A DNA stretch of 64,000 bases from NCBI GenBank assembly GCA_000442015.1, contig KE561158.1, forward strand, positions 1 to 64,000. Direction: 5' to 3'. This document shows, piece after piece, positions 49,408 through 61,858 of the stretch; the first letter of the stretch is position 1, and each line of letters begins with the position of its first letter. The notes under the pieces are model-generated. The model was not told the origin of the DNA, did not search any database, and saw only the letters and a list, made by a program, of their open reading frames with translations. Source of the stretch: Rozella allomycis CSF55 (Eukaryota). The translations under genes were made by a program, and so were the position numbers.

Positions 49408-50576
49408 TCAATCAAGCCTACGTGGTCTTGAAAACGGGGCAAAATTATGTTCGGGCGTTTCAAAATTTATGCAAGCTTCACTCACTGGATATGAAGGTGG
49501 TAATGTATCATCGAATTGACCATCATGATCAAAATTCAAATAGGATGGTGAGTCATAGGTTTCAAATAAATATCTCTGATCTTCATGTATTTGTAGAGGA
49601 GCGGATGCCATTTTTTCATCTAGATAATAATTGTATTCAGGAAGGCAGTAATGACCTTGATGACCTTGAGATGCGTGTGCCAACTTATGATCTTCATTCG
49701 CAAAAATTATATTTTCATAATTCACGTCTTGAGTGAATCGAAAATCTCTTAAATAAGGATTGGGGTACGCAACAGTTTCTTCACATTGAGTTTCAAAATA
49801 TTCAGGCGATTGCTCCATATACACAGATACAGTTTCATTCAAAATATTCTCACAAAATTTATCNAATATTCTCACAAAAATTATCAATTTCATGGTCAAA
49901 GTAATTTTGAACACGTTTTTGATTTTTCACTTTGTCCAAAGAAGCAAGTTCAGTAGAGCTGGAGGCTCTTGTCAAGTCTTCTACAGCTTTGAGTTCAGTG
50001 CCAATTTGAGTGTCTTTACATACTTCGGACACTACTTGCTGATCCGGTTTTGGAATGGTTGAATCACCTTTCAAAAAGTTCTTTTCATCAAAGGCATCAT
50101 TATTATATTAGCTTACATTCTTACTGGATTGTTGGATATTGGGCTGAAAAGTAGGAATTACCAAAGAGGAAGACTTCTTTCCCTTGTTGAAAATTCCATG
50201 GGAGTTTTTTAATGAGACTGTCAGTCTGCCTTTGGACGAACATTTTAGTTTCTACTTGGAATATAATACACATTTTTACTTCAGATTGGATTTTGGTCAA
50301 GGTGAACTTTGTTGGGCGCGTCTCTTTAAAGGATTCCTTATTATTAATTAATATCGAGTTTTTGAAAGTGTCTTCTTTGGCAATACGTTCCGATGAATTC
50401 ATAATGTGGTCTGGGGTGCTTTGTATCACCTTTAAGTCTATCGACTCCTTCCAATCATCCACTAAAGTCTGGCAATCACTTATATATGAATCCATAATTA
50501 ACTTCTTCATTTCATTCATTTTGCAAATTGGTTTTGTTAAAACCCTTGAAAACTGGTTCTGAAATTTGTAAATCAA
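49408..50576 (-). CDS. Hypothetical protein (spliced; exon structure uncertain)
   Basis: Consecutive open frames separated by short GT..AG segments; no recognised domain. Confidence 0.5.
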
Positions 50577-50658
50577 TTGATATTTAAACTTTACAAACAG
50601 TCAAACATCTATCTTGAAATTAACTTTTTTTTGAATCACTTGGCAACGTAATCACAAT

Positions 50659-52130
50659 ATGGAAGATCATTACGTCACCTTACTCTTGTTACTCTGCGAA
50701 TTTATAACAATTTGTTATTTTATATTCTCCATATTACTGGTTTATCGATATAGAAGTACTGACATTATTCAACGGAGAAGCTTTTCCACAATGGTTTTGA
50801 TTACATCTGTCAATTGCTTATGGTCGGTCATTTTAATTCTCTTCCTAAAGCCTTTTACAAGCATTATGTTCATGAATTGTCGTATTGAGATGGCCTTATT
50901 CTATTTTGTCATCCCATATCTACTATTTATATTTTTAGCTAGGGCGTGCTCTTTGATAGTTTCAAGCTTACAAAATAGAAGTGAGCTTTCAAGCAACAAG
51001 TCTTTTACTTTAACAAAATTGGAGAGGCCATTTATTTCTATACTTATTTTAATTTCAAAATATTTATTAAGAGAGGTAACTTGACAATAGAAAAGTTTTA
51101 GAACAGTAGCGTCAAGGAGAATTCTGAGATATTCATGGTGAGAAAATTAACCTTTAGAATACTTTTGAAGCTATCAGTATATATTTTCCTTCTCGAGATT
51201 CTGTATTTCTGTGCAGGCTATTTTATTAGCTTAGATAAGCTGGATAATGTTTCATGCGAATTTATAACTTATGTGCCCATTTGCTTTATGCTTTTGATTT
51301 TTATGTTGTTTATGGGTTATGTCACCTTACTGCTTGTCCGGCTGAAGCTGCGCGATGACATTTGGCTTACAAAAGAAAGCAAGTATACATTGTTAAATGC
51401 GTTAATCGGATTTTCTATTTATTGTGTTGTGTCATTCAAGCCTTTTCCTTTGGCAGATTTTATCAAAGTTAAGATTGGGGAATCTGTGATCAATTTGTTC
51501 GTATCACTAACTCTGCAATGGATCTCAATTATTTATCCAGCCTTATTGGCCAGAAAAGTTAGTAAATCTAAGAAAAATATTGATACTTCTGAAAAAGCAA
51601 TGTATGTCGTTCTCGCCAATAAAGATTTATTCGAAAAGTTTAAAGAAGAAGCTGCAATGACATTTTGCTTGGAAAATATCCTTTTTCTCGAAGATGTTTT
51701 TAATGTTTATCTAAAACATGGTCATAAGTTTCCCCTAAAGGCGGTTATGTCAGTTCACCAGTCTCGACAGAGCAAGCTAGATTTAGAAGACAGTTCGAAA
51801 GAGGTTTTAATTATGAAATCAATATATTCAGAAGAAGATTTAAATAATTTGTACTTGAAATACATAAAACCTGGATCTATTTACGAGCTCAATTTATCAT
51901 CGCAAGTTTTGCAAAATTTTCAAGCCGATTTGAACAGCAAGGACTTAAGTATTCTAGATCCAGTTATTAAAGAAGTATTAAGGATGCTATTCCAGAATAC
52001 ATTTCCAAGATTTTACAAAACGAATCAACAAGAAATCTTAAAAAGACTTAATTTTGCAAAAATCTCTGGAGAAAAAATAAAGAAGACGAATTCGACTCTT
52101 TCTATCGTAACTGGCTTCTTTAATGGATAA
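50659..52130 (+). CDS. 7TM-RGS protein (GprK/AtRGS1-like architecture; 1 intron)
   Basis: Seven TM segments, then RGS motifs FCLENILFL, YIKPGSIYELNLS, LFQNTFPRF. Confidence 0.85.
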
Positions 52131-52358
52131 AAAGTGAATTAGAAGGTATTGACGTAATAAATTGTAGCGATTTACTTTATTGGCTAAGGATAATTTAATT
52201 ACTGCTTTGAGAATTTTCCCAAATGTATGATATATAAGCGGACTTNGGACGTAATAAATTCTAGCGATTTACTTTATTGGCTAAGAGTAATTACTGCTTT
52301 GAGAATTTTCCCAAATGTATGATATATAAGCGGACTTTACGCGAAATTAATTAATAAT

Positions 52359-53618
52359 ATGACAGTACCAGAGTGTCATGAGACCACAGGAAGTGTTTGT
52401 TTTCAAAACAATAACATGCAGGCCATTAAGGCGCTACAACGAAACCAATCATCTTCCCTTGATGATTTTGTACCACTTCAAGTTCACACAACTGCCAACA
52501 TGCCAGTTGACATTAATGGGCGCCTGTACCACCTTGGTCTAAAATCTGGGGAGAGTAATCATATTGATGTATTCCAATTAGTCGCCAATCGAATAATAAC
52601 AGTTGGAGATCCAAGGAGAGCTCTAGCGATAGCTGAAGTGATGGACGGATATGACCCAAAATTTACCTTCGTTGACGAGGAAGACGAAATCGATTTCGTG
52701 GAAGGCATCAATGAAGACGAATTATATTTAAATGCCTTGAGCAAAAGATACCCACATGTCAAAATATACCCATCTCACCGTGGATTTTTGACTGTTACAG
52801 GTAAATTCAGGGGTGTAGATGTCAGTGTCATTGCTATAGGCATGGGTAAAGACTTCTTCAAACCTTGATTAGGCCCATCAATGATGGATTTTTTTGTTCG
52901 TGAGTCTCGAGAAATTGTGCAAGGGAAAATGGCAGTGATAAGGTATAAAATTAATGTGGTGAAAATAGATTTGGTACATGTGGTTCAATATACCATGGTC
53001 ATGAAGTTGGCTCTATTGTAGTCAACGCAGATGGTGCTGTACTAGTCCAAAGATCACCCAATGGATTTATAAAGCATTCCCCAAATAAAGAGAATGATAA
53101 AGCCGCGACGAAAAGTAAACATAATTCTGGATTTCAATTTCCAGGTGACGCAAATTATAATTGTTACACTATTTCAAAACCATGCTATCCGGACCAAGGA
53201 TTAACAGATTTGGTAACAAATGAAAGATGTGTTCATTTAGCTGATCGAGAAATTGAAAGAAAGAAACGAAGGGAAACCTGTATTCACAAGCTTAAATGCA
53301 ACTTGCGATTCATTTTATTCTTCCCAAGGACGTCCCGAAAGACAATTTCACGATGACAATGCGAGCCTCATCGACCAGATCAAGCGGGAATATCCGCAAG
53401 TAGCTACACTCGACATGGAGACGTTTCAGCTATTCCACCTTTCCAATTGTATCAAAGACAAAAGAGAAAATGGAATTTTGTGTAGTGCCGTCAAGATCGT
53501 AGTTGCCAATCGACAGAAGAATATATTTTTGGTAGACGAAGAAAGAAAACGAGCATTGGAACGACTAGGAGGACTGGCTTGTCTTGAAACGCTTATCAAT
53601 GTAGATCTTAATAAATAG
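52359..53618 (+). CDS. Uridine/purine nucleoside phosphorylase family (4 introns)
   Basis: YHLGL, ITVGDPRRA, IGMG, RFGTCGS, DSFYSSQGR, LDMETF. Confidence 0.88.
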
Positions 53619-53692
53619 ACCGACTTTATATCATTTTCATGCCAATTTTAGATTGCATTTTGGAAATTTCCGATAACCCTTGTTAACCCTTG

Positions 53693-54883
53693 ATGAGCGG
53701 GAATCAAAGCACTCTGGCCAACGGGGAAGTACGTATAGCGAACAAGTATAGGCTTGGAAAAAAATTAGGATCGGGGTCTTTTGGTGAAATTTACCTTGGT
53801 ACGTGAATATGACTGTTTTGAACAATAGGAACTAATATTGCCACCGAAGAAAATGTAGCAATTAAAATAGAAAAGACGAATACCAAGCATCCGCAATTAG
53901 AATATGAAGCTCGTGTTTATAAGTATTTGGCTGGCGGAAGTAAGTTATATTCTAACGTTTTGGTTTTAATCTAATGATTGATTTATATTCAAGAGAATGT
54001 TTTTAATGTTAGCTGGTATTCCAAACATTAGATGGTATGGCCAAGAAGCAGAATTCAATTGCATGGTGTTGGATTTACTTGGTCCAAGTTTGGAGGATCT
54101 ATTTACTTATTGCAAAAGAAAATTTACATTGAAAACAGTTGTTATGCTTGCGGAGCAATTGGTAAAATAAACTATAGTAAAATTACTTAGCTTTCAAGAA
54201 TAGAGTTTGTCCATGCAAAGAATTTTCTCCATCGTGGTAAGTTGTAGTTATTGTTGAGAAAGATATAAAACCCGATAATTTTTTGATGGGCACTGGTAGA
54301 AGAGCAAATATTGTCCACGTTATTGATTTTGGTTTGGCAAAGAGATTTAGGGATCCGAGAACTCATATGCACATTCCTTATAGAGAAAATAAAAACTTGA
54401 CTGGAACAGCCCGTTATGCTTCAATTTCTACACATTTAGGAATAGGTAAGTTATTATGATTTAATTTTAAAGAACAAAGTCGTAGAGATGATTTGGAGTC
54501 TATTGGCTATGTTTTGATATATTTCCTTAAAGGGTCTTTGCCATGGCAAGGTCTTAGAGCTGCAACTAAAAAACAAAAATACGATAAAATTCAAGACAAG
54601 AAACTTTCTACACCGATTGAAGTTCTTTGTCGTGGACTACCAATGGAATTTCAATCATACTTGAATTATGTCCGCGCATTACGTTTTGACGATAAGCCAG
54701 ATTATGCGCACCTTAAAAAACTCTTTTCAGATTTAATGGCAAAAGAAGGAATGGCTATGGATTATAGATTTGATTGGGTTGAAGTAAGACCATTTTCTTC
54801 ATTCAAAGTAGAAAAAGAATGAAGACGCCGGGCCATCAGATCTTAAATCAAATGGGAACTTACAAGAGAATATTTATAAATAA
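53693..54883 (+). CDS. HRR25: Casein kinase 1 (6 introns)
   Basis: [50 protein letters not shown]. Confidence 0.95.
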
Positions 54884-54924
54884 AATCTTGTTGCTTATCA
54901 TTAGTAGATTTTAAAGTTAGTTTA

Positions 54925-55959
54925 TTAGCATTTTTGAAAGGTTAGTTTATGGTTCCTATGTTCATAGACAAAGTCACAAAAATGCCAAACTTCACGTTTC
55001 CAATCAAGAAATAATTTTGATTCATAAAACCTTAAAGGCGCATCACCCCATCGGTGTGTAAATATTCTCTTTGTTTTATCAACTTCATTCTTAAATTCTA
55101 AAATGTCTTTGCTTAAAAATCTATCAATTTTGGCTATTTCAAAGTTATTATAAAACATCTGTGGCAAATAGTCACGCCTTTTTTCTGGGGCAGGAATAAA
55201 CGAATAAAGATTATTCACAGACGCCAGAGTATCATGTTCCTTTGCATACTTATCAATAAAGTCTAACATGCCTTCACATACAGGTGATGCGTCTTCCGTA
55301 ATATATCTGTACGCATAGGTATATCCTTTCTTTTCCATCACTTTAAAAGGGTCATACGTGATTTTCGAATGAATAAAAGAATCTGTATCCATTCGCATAT
55401 AAAAGTCATAATTAGACATTAAATTAAACACCTCATAAAACCAGAACCGTATCATCAATTTGTATCCTATCACTCCAGGCCAAATAACTTCTTTATCGAC
55501 CTCAGGGTTAAAATTAGACGGAAATTTAAAATCAATCCTCCTAAACATCACTCTGACTGGTAACGTATCTGTAAATTTTTGCAATCTCTGCAATGCTTCA
55601 TCAGAGTACGACTCATCATAAAATAGAATCACAGGGTATGGAAACATTTCAAGAAAATTTTTATACAATAGAGTTAAACTCTCTTTGACTCTTTCCTCTT
55701 CTTTCTCATGAATTAAATATGTAACCGCTGCCTTGGAAAGATCGGACTTTGTACTAATAAACGTAACTTTGTCTGCTTGGGCTGCATTAAATTGTTCATA
55801 TACGACTGGAAGGCTTGAATTGCTGTACATGTTTGACTTTTTATCGACTTGGATCGCCTCCTGTGATTCACCATGGGAAATATTCATAACATTATACAAT
55901 AGTGTCGCAGAAAACATAATTGACGCTACAATGATAAAACTCTTTGTGGGCACTTTCAT
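54925..55959 (-). CDS. GT15 alpha-1,2-mannosyltransferase (KRE2/KTR family; intronless)
   Basis: N-terminal TM, YKLMIRF, YMRMD, FYNNFEI, RWGDAP. Confidence 0.9.
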   Translation of the reverse strand: MKVPTKSFIIVASIMFSATLLYNVMNISHGESQEAIQVDKKSNMYSNSSLPVVYEQFNAAQADKVTFISTKSDLSKAAVTYLIHEKEEERVKESLTLLYKNFLEMFPYPVILFYDESYSDEALQRLQKFTDTLPVRVMFRRIDFKFPSNFNPEVDKEVIWPGVIGYKLMIRFWFYEVFNLMSNYDFYMRMDTDSFIHSKITYDPFKVMEKKGYTYAYRYITEDASPVCEGMLDFIDKYAKEHDTLASVNNLYSFIPAPEKRRDYLPQMFYNNFEIAKIDRFLSKDILEFKNEVDKTKRIFTHRWGDAPLRFYESKLFLDWKREVWHFCDFVYEHRNHKLTFQKC

Positions 55960-56058
55960 TTCTAATTAATCAAAGGTCCAGGGTTTTCCGAATTGGTAAA
56001 TTGCCGAAAAATACTGATTAGATACTATATACAATGAATTAAATAGTTTATTCAAGGA

Positions 56059-56914
56059 TTAATCTCTTCGCTTTCTTCTTCTATCCTCTCTTTCATCCTC
56101 TCGTCGCATGAGAATAATGAGTAACCTGACAAATAGCGAAATGCCGTCAACAAAAAGGTCAACACTGTGTCCTATAAAATCATCGGATCCCCTCTCAGCA
56201 CGTTCAACAATTAATTGAGTATCGTATAAAATGAAACCACAAAACATTAACAATCCTATAAAGAGCTCAGCTCCAAAGAATGCTTGAGATTGAAAAAACA
56301 ATCCATTAACTAATGATCCCCAGAAAAGTCCACTAGCGATTGAAAATAATGTGCCTAGGATTAACTTTACTGCTCTTTACCTCCCATATACAAATACGAC
56401 CTTCTCGTGTTAAGTAAGGCGCTAGCACTGAATCCAGTAAAAGTTAAGGCAGAAACTCCTAAAGCTTGCATAATCAAGGAGGCCCTAATAATTTAATATA
56501 ATCAGCTATACCCATTAGCAAAATTTGTCAGAGATAACGACAGAAGAGGAGCTAAACTCATACCTTGAAATGCCCCCATTCCAAGTAGACCTGCTAGTCT
56601 GTAATTTTGGTTCTCTCTCGTTGGTCTTGAGAACAAAACTCCCAACATACAAACCAAACTTAACAACCCACTGAAGCCAGAGCCCTGAATCATCAATCGA
56701 GAATAAATATTACAATACTAATGAATTGATTCAGCTGTAAGTACGCCCCTATCGCGGAAGCTCCGAACGTTGCGGCCAATGCCGAGTAAACTCTTACTAA
56801 ATGACTTTGAACCCTTGAAGAAAGAGGAGAAGACTTCAATAATGTTCGCAAAGAAAAATTAGACCCAGCATTCCATAACCTATTGAACGGATTATTGTTG
56901 TCGTCGTTCTGCAT
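56059..56914 (-). CDS. TMBIM6: Bax inhibitor-1 (3 introns)
   Basis: VQSHLVRVY, LYDTQLIVE, DFIGHSVDLFVD, basic tail. Confidence 0.9.
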
Positions 56915-57007
56915 TTGAGTGGCTGATTGATAATACGTGTCAGAACTTTAGTCAACAATGTAAATATTTTATAATATAATATATTTATTGCATTTTATAT
57001 CGCCCCA

Positions 57008-58477
57008 TTAAACAATCGACATGCGTCGTTGTTTCCCTTCAACCTCTGTGTCTGTATTCGTCGAGTCAATGGAGTTGGTCCTTGTTATAATAGACACGTT
57101 TCTTTTATTCCAAAAGTATTTAATTAGAACAATTGCAAGTATTAAAGTCACTAAAGCGCCTATGGATATCAGTAGGAAGGTAAGCCAGTCGAGTCCGGTG
57201 TATTTCTTAATCAATAAAGCGATATCATTTTCCGTTGCATCACTTGGAAGATTTGAAAGTTGTACTAGCTGTTTACCGGTTTCGTTAGTCCATATACTCT
57301 TTAGAAGTAAGTTTGGCGACCCGTTAATGGTGTCAGACCTGAGGACTCCATGAGACGATAAATCAAGTAATTTTCCTCTTATTTGGGCTGGGGTAAGAGA
57401 ACTATTTTCTTCCAACATAAGCGCGATTATTCCTGTGACGAAAGGTGCGGCCATAGAAGTGCCACTCATTCTCATGTACCCATTTGAAGACTTTCCAGGA
57501 AGTGTAGAAGAATAAATACCATCACCTGGAGCGAAAATGTCAACACATGACCCATAGTTGCTATATGATGCACCAGTGTCTGACTTTGTTGATGCCGCGA
57601 CGTTTAAAACATCTTTTAATGACCCTGGAGAGCTAGTACATGCATCTGTCGCACCATTTCCTGAAGCTGTTACGATTTGGACGCCATTGTCGATAAGTTT
57701 TTGGGCAAGAGATTCAACAAAACTAGATTTATCACCACCCACAGACATGTTAATAACCGCCGGCTTTTTGTGATTCACTAACAGCCATTCTAAAGCATCT
57801 GCCAGATTTGAGTTTTCTCCAACACCTGAACATGATATAACTCTTATCGTCATTATATTGGCTTGTTTTGCTACACCAACATTTCTTCCTGCTGCGATTC
57901 CAGCAACGTGTGTACCATGACCTGTGCAATCATCTGTTGTGTTAAAAATGGAATACACTACCGATGCTCTTTGGTCAAATTCAGCGTGAGATGTGTAGAG
58001 TCCTGAATCAATGGTGTATATATTAACTCCTTTCCCTGTCAAATTAAATCGATAACTCCCATCCAATGGCAATTTTGTTTGATCAATTCTATCTAAACCC
58101 CATGGCGCATTCTCCATAACTTGATACGCTTCAAAAATTTTCTCTCGTTCAATATATTCAATAAATGGTATTTTTCTTAGCAAACTTAACGGTAATTCAC
58201 CAGGACAACACATGTGCATTCCTCCATTAGAGTACTTTGATTTCACATTGAGGCCAAATTCAACAAGAAGATTTGATGCTCTGTCCAAGAATTCCATGCT
58301 TTCTTCCGAGAATTTAATAAAATAACAATTTGAAGAAGTTTGTTTCGAAGGATCCCCCATAATAATTGGGATATCTTGTTCCACTTCCAAAAGAATGCTC
58401 TTTAAAGTATCTACTTGCAAAGAATGTAGCATTTCAAAGAAATGACCAATAATAAACAAGATAAAATATCCTCTCAT
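57008..58477 (-). CDS. Proteinase K-type S8 subtilisin with prodomain and C-terminal TM anchor (intronless)
   Basis: PWGLDRIDQ, IDSG, GHGTHVAG, SGTSMAAP; hydrophobic helix near the C-terminus. Confidence 0.93.
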   Translation of the reverse strand: MRGYFILFIIGHFFEMLHSLQVDTLKSILLEVEQDIPIIMGDPSKQTSSNCYFIKFSEESMEFLDRASNLLVEFGLNVKSKYSNGGMHMCCPGELPLSLLRKIPFIEYIEREKIFEAYQVMENAPWGLDRIDQTKLPLDGSYRFNLTGKGVNIYTIDSGLYTSHAEFDQRASVVYSIFNTTDDCTGHGTHVAGIAAGRNVGVAKQANIMTIRVISCSGVGENSNLADALEWLLVNHKKPAVINMSVGGDKSSFVESLAQKLIDNGVQIVTASGNGATDACTSSPGSLKDVLNVAASTKSDTGASYSNYGSCVDIFAPGDGIYSSTLPGKSSNGYMRMSGTSMAAPFVTGIIALMLEENSSLTPAQIRGKLLDLSSHGVLRSDTINGSPNLLLKSIWTNETGKQLVQLSNLPSDATENDIALLIKKYTGLDWLTFLLISIGALVTLILAIVLIKYFWNKRNVSIITRTNSIDSTNTDTEVEGKQRRMSIV

Positions 58478-58639
58478 GTTGTGTAACGCAACAAAGGGGT
58501 GTCAGATGTTCGACCCAATAGAACTTAATGTTGTTTATTTATAGAAATCTAAATATTCTGGTGCGAATTACTACTTCATATTTTATGCAAAAGCGTTAAA
58601 TTTTAACTAGCAGTGGGTAATAATCGCAGGAGAGGGAAA

Positions 58640-59177
58640 CTAAGAATTCAAATATGAAAGAATTTTCTTTCTTTTTTCATTTTCCAGTTTGTGTTTCTTC
58701 AATATTTCTTTTTTAGTTTTCTGGCGATACTATGTTTTAATCATTTGGATTTTTTACGAATTCGAATGGGTTCTGTTTTTCTGATTCAACTTCTTTAATA
58801 TCAATACTCATGCCCAGACCTTTGCGATCTAATTTCTTAGCATATGTAATGGGTTTTGTAATTCCTTCAGCGTGTTTTCCAAGGCCTTTTCCTTCCCATC
58901 CCGCCTTTTTTAGTAGCTGATAACCAACATTATTGACAGGCAAGTCATATGTGGGTATATAGACAGGATTATTTTTTATTGTATCTTTTCGCGATAATAT
59001 ATGTGAAAATGATATTTGATGATCATGCCGAGACGCGTCTGAAATTATGACATTACAGTCTTGGCAAAAAAATGAACAGTCTTGTATATTTAGTGTTTTC
59101 CTTGTTGTATGCACTTGTTGGGTTAAATTTTTATAGAAATCCGATGGATTAAAATCGTCTCCTGGTGGAGTTCTCAT
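58640..59177 (-). CDS. G-patch protein with Zn-finger (GPANK1-like; 1 intron)
   Basis: FCQDC...H...SH; NVGYQLLKKAGWEGKGLGKHAEGITKPI...DRKGLG. Confidence 0.8.
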
Positions 59178-59284
59178 TTGAGAATTTAACGAAATTCTAA
59201 ACCTAAACATCTTCATTCAAGACTTTAAATTAAAGTCTTGAAGTCTTTAATGTATTGAAAATCAAAATGCGAGAAATGTGATTT

Positions 59285-60775
59285 TTATTTCTTCTTTTTT
59301 GCACTGGCTGATTTTTTGCCGCTTTTCTAAGACAAAGGAAAGGGAAAAGATTTACCGGCTGCTTTGATTTTGCCTTCTTTTGTTTTTTCCTTTCAATATG
59401 CCCCCTCCAGAGTGCCTGTATTTTAATTGCGGCGCTAATCATTATTTTTTCATCTTCTTGCTTCTTTTTCTCGGCCTCTTCGGCTATCCTCTGTTGTTCG
59501 ACAATAAAGTCATATTCCTTCTTTATATCAGCGAATCTTTGCTCTAATTCTTGTAATTGGGCTTTTTCTTCTCTGTACATTGCCTTTAAAAAAGTGAATA
59601 GCTTCTTACTGATGTTTCTTCTATTTCATTTTGTTTTTCTTCCATTTCTTGGTCATATTTATGGATCCAATTTTCCACTTCTGTTTCCATTTTGAATTTC
59701 TTTTTTCGAAGCATTGTTTCTTCATCTTGGTTTTTAGCTTGAACTTCAAACAACTTTTTCGTCAAGTCTGCAATTTCAGGTTTAAGCTTGCCTTCCTATT
59801 GCTATTTGACCTAATTGAATACCTTTTCTTTAAATGCCGTTTGATCCATAGCTTCGCGCTGCTTAAACTTACTTTCTTGCTTTGATGCAGTTGCTTCTGA
59901 CTTTACTTTAATGTCCTGTAATTGTTCCTTAAGACGTTTAATATTTTCATTCTTAATTCCAATTTCCGTTATCCTGCTTTTCTTGGCTACTTCAAGTTCT
60001 TCCCTTAAAGTAGCGATTTCTTCGTTTGTCTAGCGTTTATGTTTTCATTAAAACTTACTTTCCTCTCCTTTGCTAAAATGTGAGATAAATGCTCTTGAAT
60101 TTTCTTATCTTCATCAATTGTTGTCTGCAGTTTTTCTTTCACGACATATATAAGATCTTTCCACAATACAATATATTCATGCATATTTTCATCAAGAAGG
60201 CTGTCGTAGTTTTCGATTTTGGCTAAGATATCGTGAATGCTAATTAGGCTCCGACATGCAGATCGAGTGGCGGCTTTCAATTTTCGGACCTCGTCTTTTA
60301 AAAAATCAGGCTTTATTACAAAGACTTATAATTATACCATCTGAGATATATACCTCAGGTTTTTGGCTGATATTTCGCTGTTAGGGTCGCTTTCTGTTTC
60401 TTCCTTAAATTTTTGCAAGTACTTATCATAAACTGACTGATATTTTATTTCACAATTTCTAAACTCCTGGATTTTAAATATTTATGCCTAACTTACTGTT
60501 AAATTTTCGAAAATTTCTGCTCCCAAAACTCTGGCCAAAGCAGAGTCGGGATATAAAGGAACAGACTCAACAATCTCCATTTTTCTTAAAGCTTCTTGTA
60601 AAACGCTTAAAATACGATAGCCTTCTATATTCAAGTTGGATGATTGCATCTTTTTATTGGTCTCACTGAAGTTTGAGGTTTCTTCATCTGAACTCCATTC
60701 AGTTTGATGTTTTGGAGGAGAAGATACGCGTGTGTGAACTGTAGTGAAATTCTTTTGATTGATTGGAGGGAACAT
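59285..60775 (-). CDS. IQCD: Dynein regulatory complex subunit DRC10/IQCD
   Basis: LNIEGYRILSVLQE, coiled coil, ENWIHKYDQEM, IQ motif IQALWRG, basic tail. Confidence 0.8.
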
Positions 60776-61167
60776 TTGTTGTTGTCAACTGATAAATTTT
60801 CAAATAAACTTTTAAACAGATTTGATGAATTAATAAAAACAAGAAACAAATTAAGAGAGTATATTTAATGCATTCCCAACCATCGATTTTGTTCATATTC
60901 ATTCATGATATTTTGAATGATCAAGACAACAATGCAACATTCCTTCTCATGCCCGAGAATCCCGGAAGACATACATATATACGATTTCTCATTTCAGAGT
61001 ATTCAAGAGTTCTGTGTATTGATCGATCACGCTATTCTACAATGACATGTATAGAATATTTGCAGTGACCTTCAATTAGTTTAAGGTGTATGGTTATCTG
61101 ATATTTTTGTATAAGAGATGAAAATTGGCATTAATTTAGATATAATGCAGGTTTATGATTTACTGCT

Positions 61168-61858
61168 TTATTTATTATGAATGAACAAATGGTCCTTTAA
61201 AGCAACAAACGTTGAAAACCGATGTTCACAAGAATTGCATTTTAGTTCACTCTTTAGTAGACTCTTTGCTTTCGTTTCATCAACCTCTTAAAATTGGAAG
61301 AGTCTTTTACTTTGATTCTACCAAACTCTAATAGTTGCTGAATTATTTCATCAATTTTCATAAAGAAACTAGTATTAAAAGAATTCCAATGCTTTTTATT
61401 CTTCAAGCAATCAGAAATGTAATCTTTAGAAATTACATGAAGATGAAGTGGTCATAAATCAAAATAAAATCTTATTTTTACTTCATTGAAGGAATCATGT
61501 GGAATCCCATATTAAATTCGGTGCTTTTGGCATGTTGGGGAATGTCGCGCGCTGCAACCTCCTTGAAATGGCGCAATAAAGGGATATGACTTTCATTGAG
61601 GTCTAAGATACTCAACAGGTGCGGATTTCTTGGAAGAATTAGATAATGATATTTAGACTGAAAGAATTATCGCATCATTTGATTACTTTTGGGTACATGT
61701 CCTTAATCATAACAACTTGACTATCACTGTAAATAATTTCATCTTGATATTTTGAAGGATTATCTAAGTAAACCCTTAGTCCTTCTGTCCAGTGACTTCT
61801 CTTATTTTTCTGAACATTTGGAAGTGACACCCTCTTTGCGATTGCCAAAATATCTACC
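61168..61858 (-). CDS. APTX: Aprataxin (HIT plus C2H2-type finger); 5' end not resolved; absent from the ORF track
   Basis: Spliced IKDMYPKSKYHYLILP...GFHMIPSMKPLHLHVISKD...LKNKKHWNSFNTSFF...LKCNSC...LKDHL. Confidence 0.88.

Noticed and set aside
50089-50124. Possible 27-nt GT-TG intron in the hypothetical gene
   Set aside because: A canonical 36-nt alternative exists and there is no homology to decide
51675-51688. ATATCCTTT U12-type donor matches (also 25639, 55321, 63807)
   Set aside because: They lie within uninterrupted conserved coding sequence or on the antisense strand; not introns
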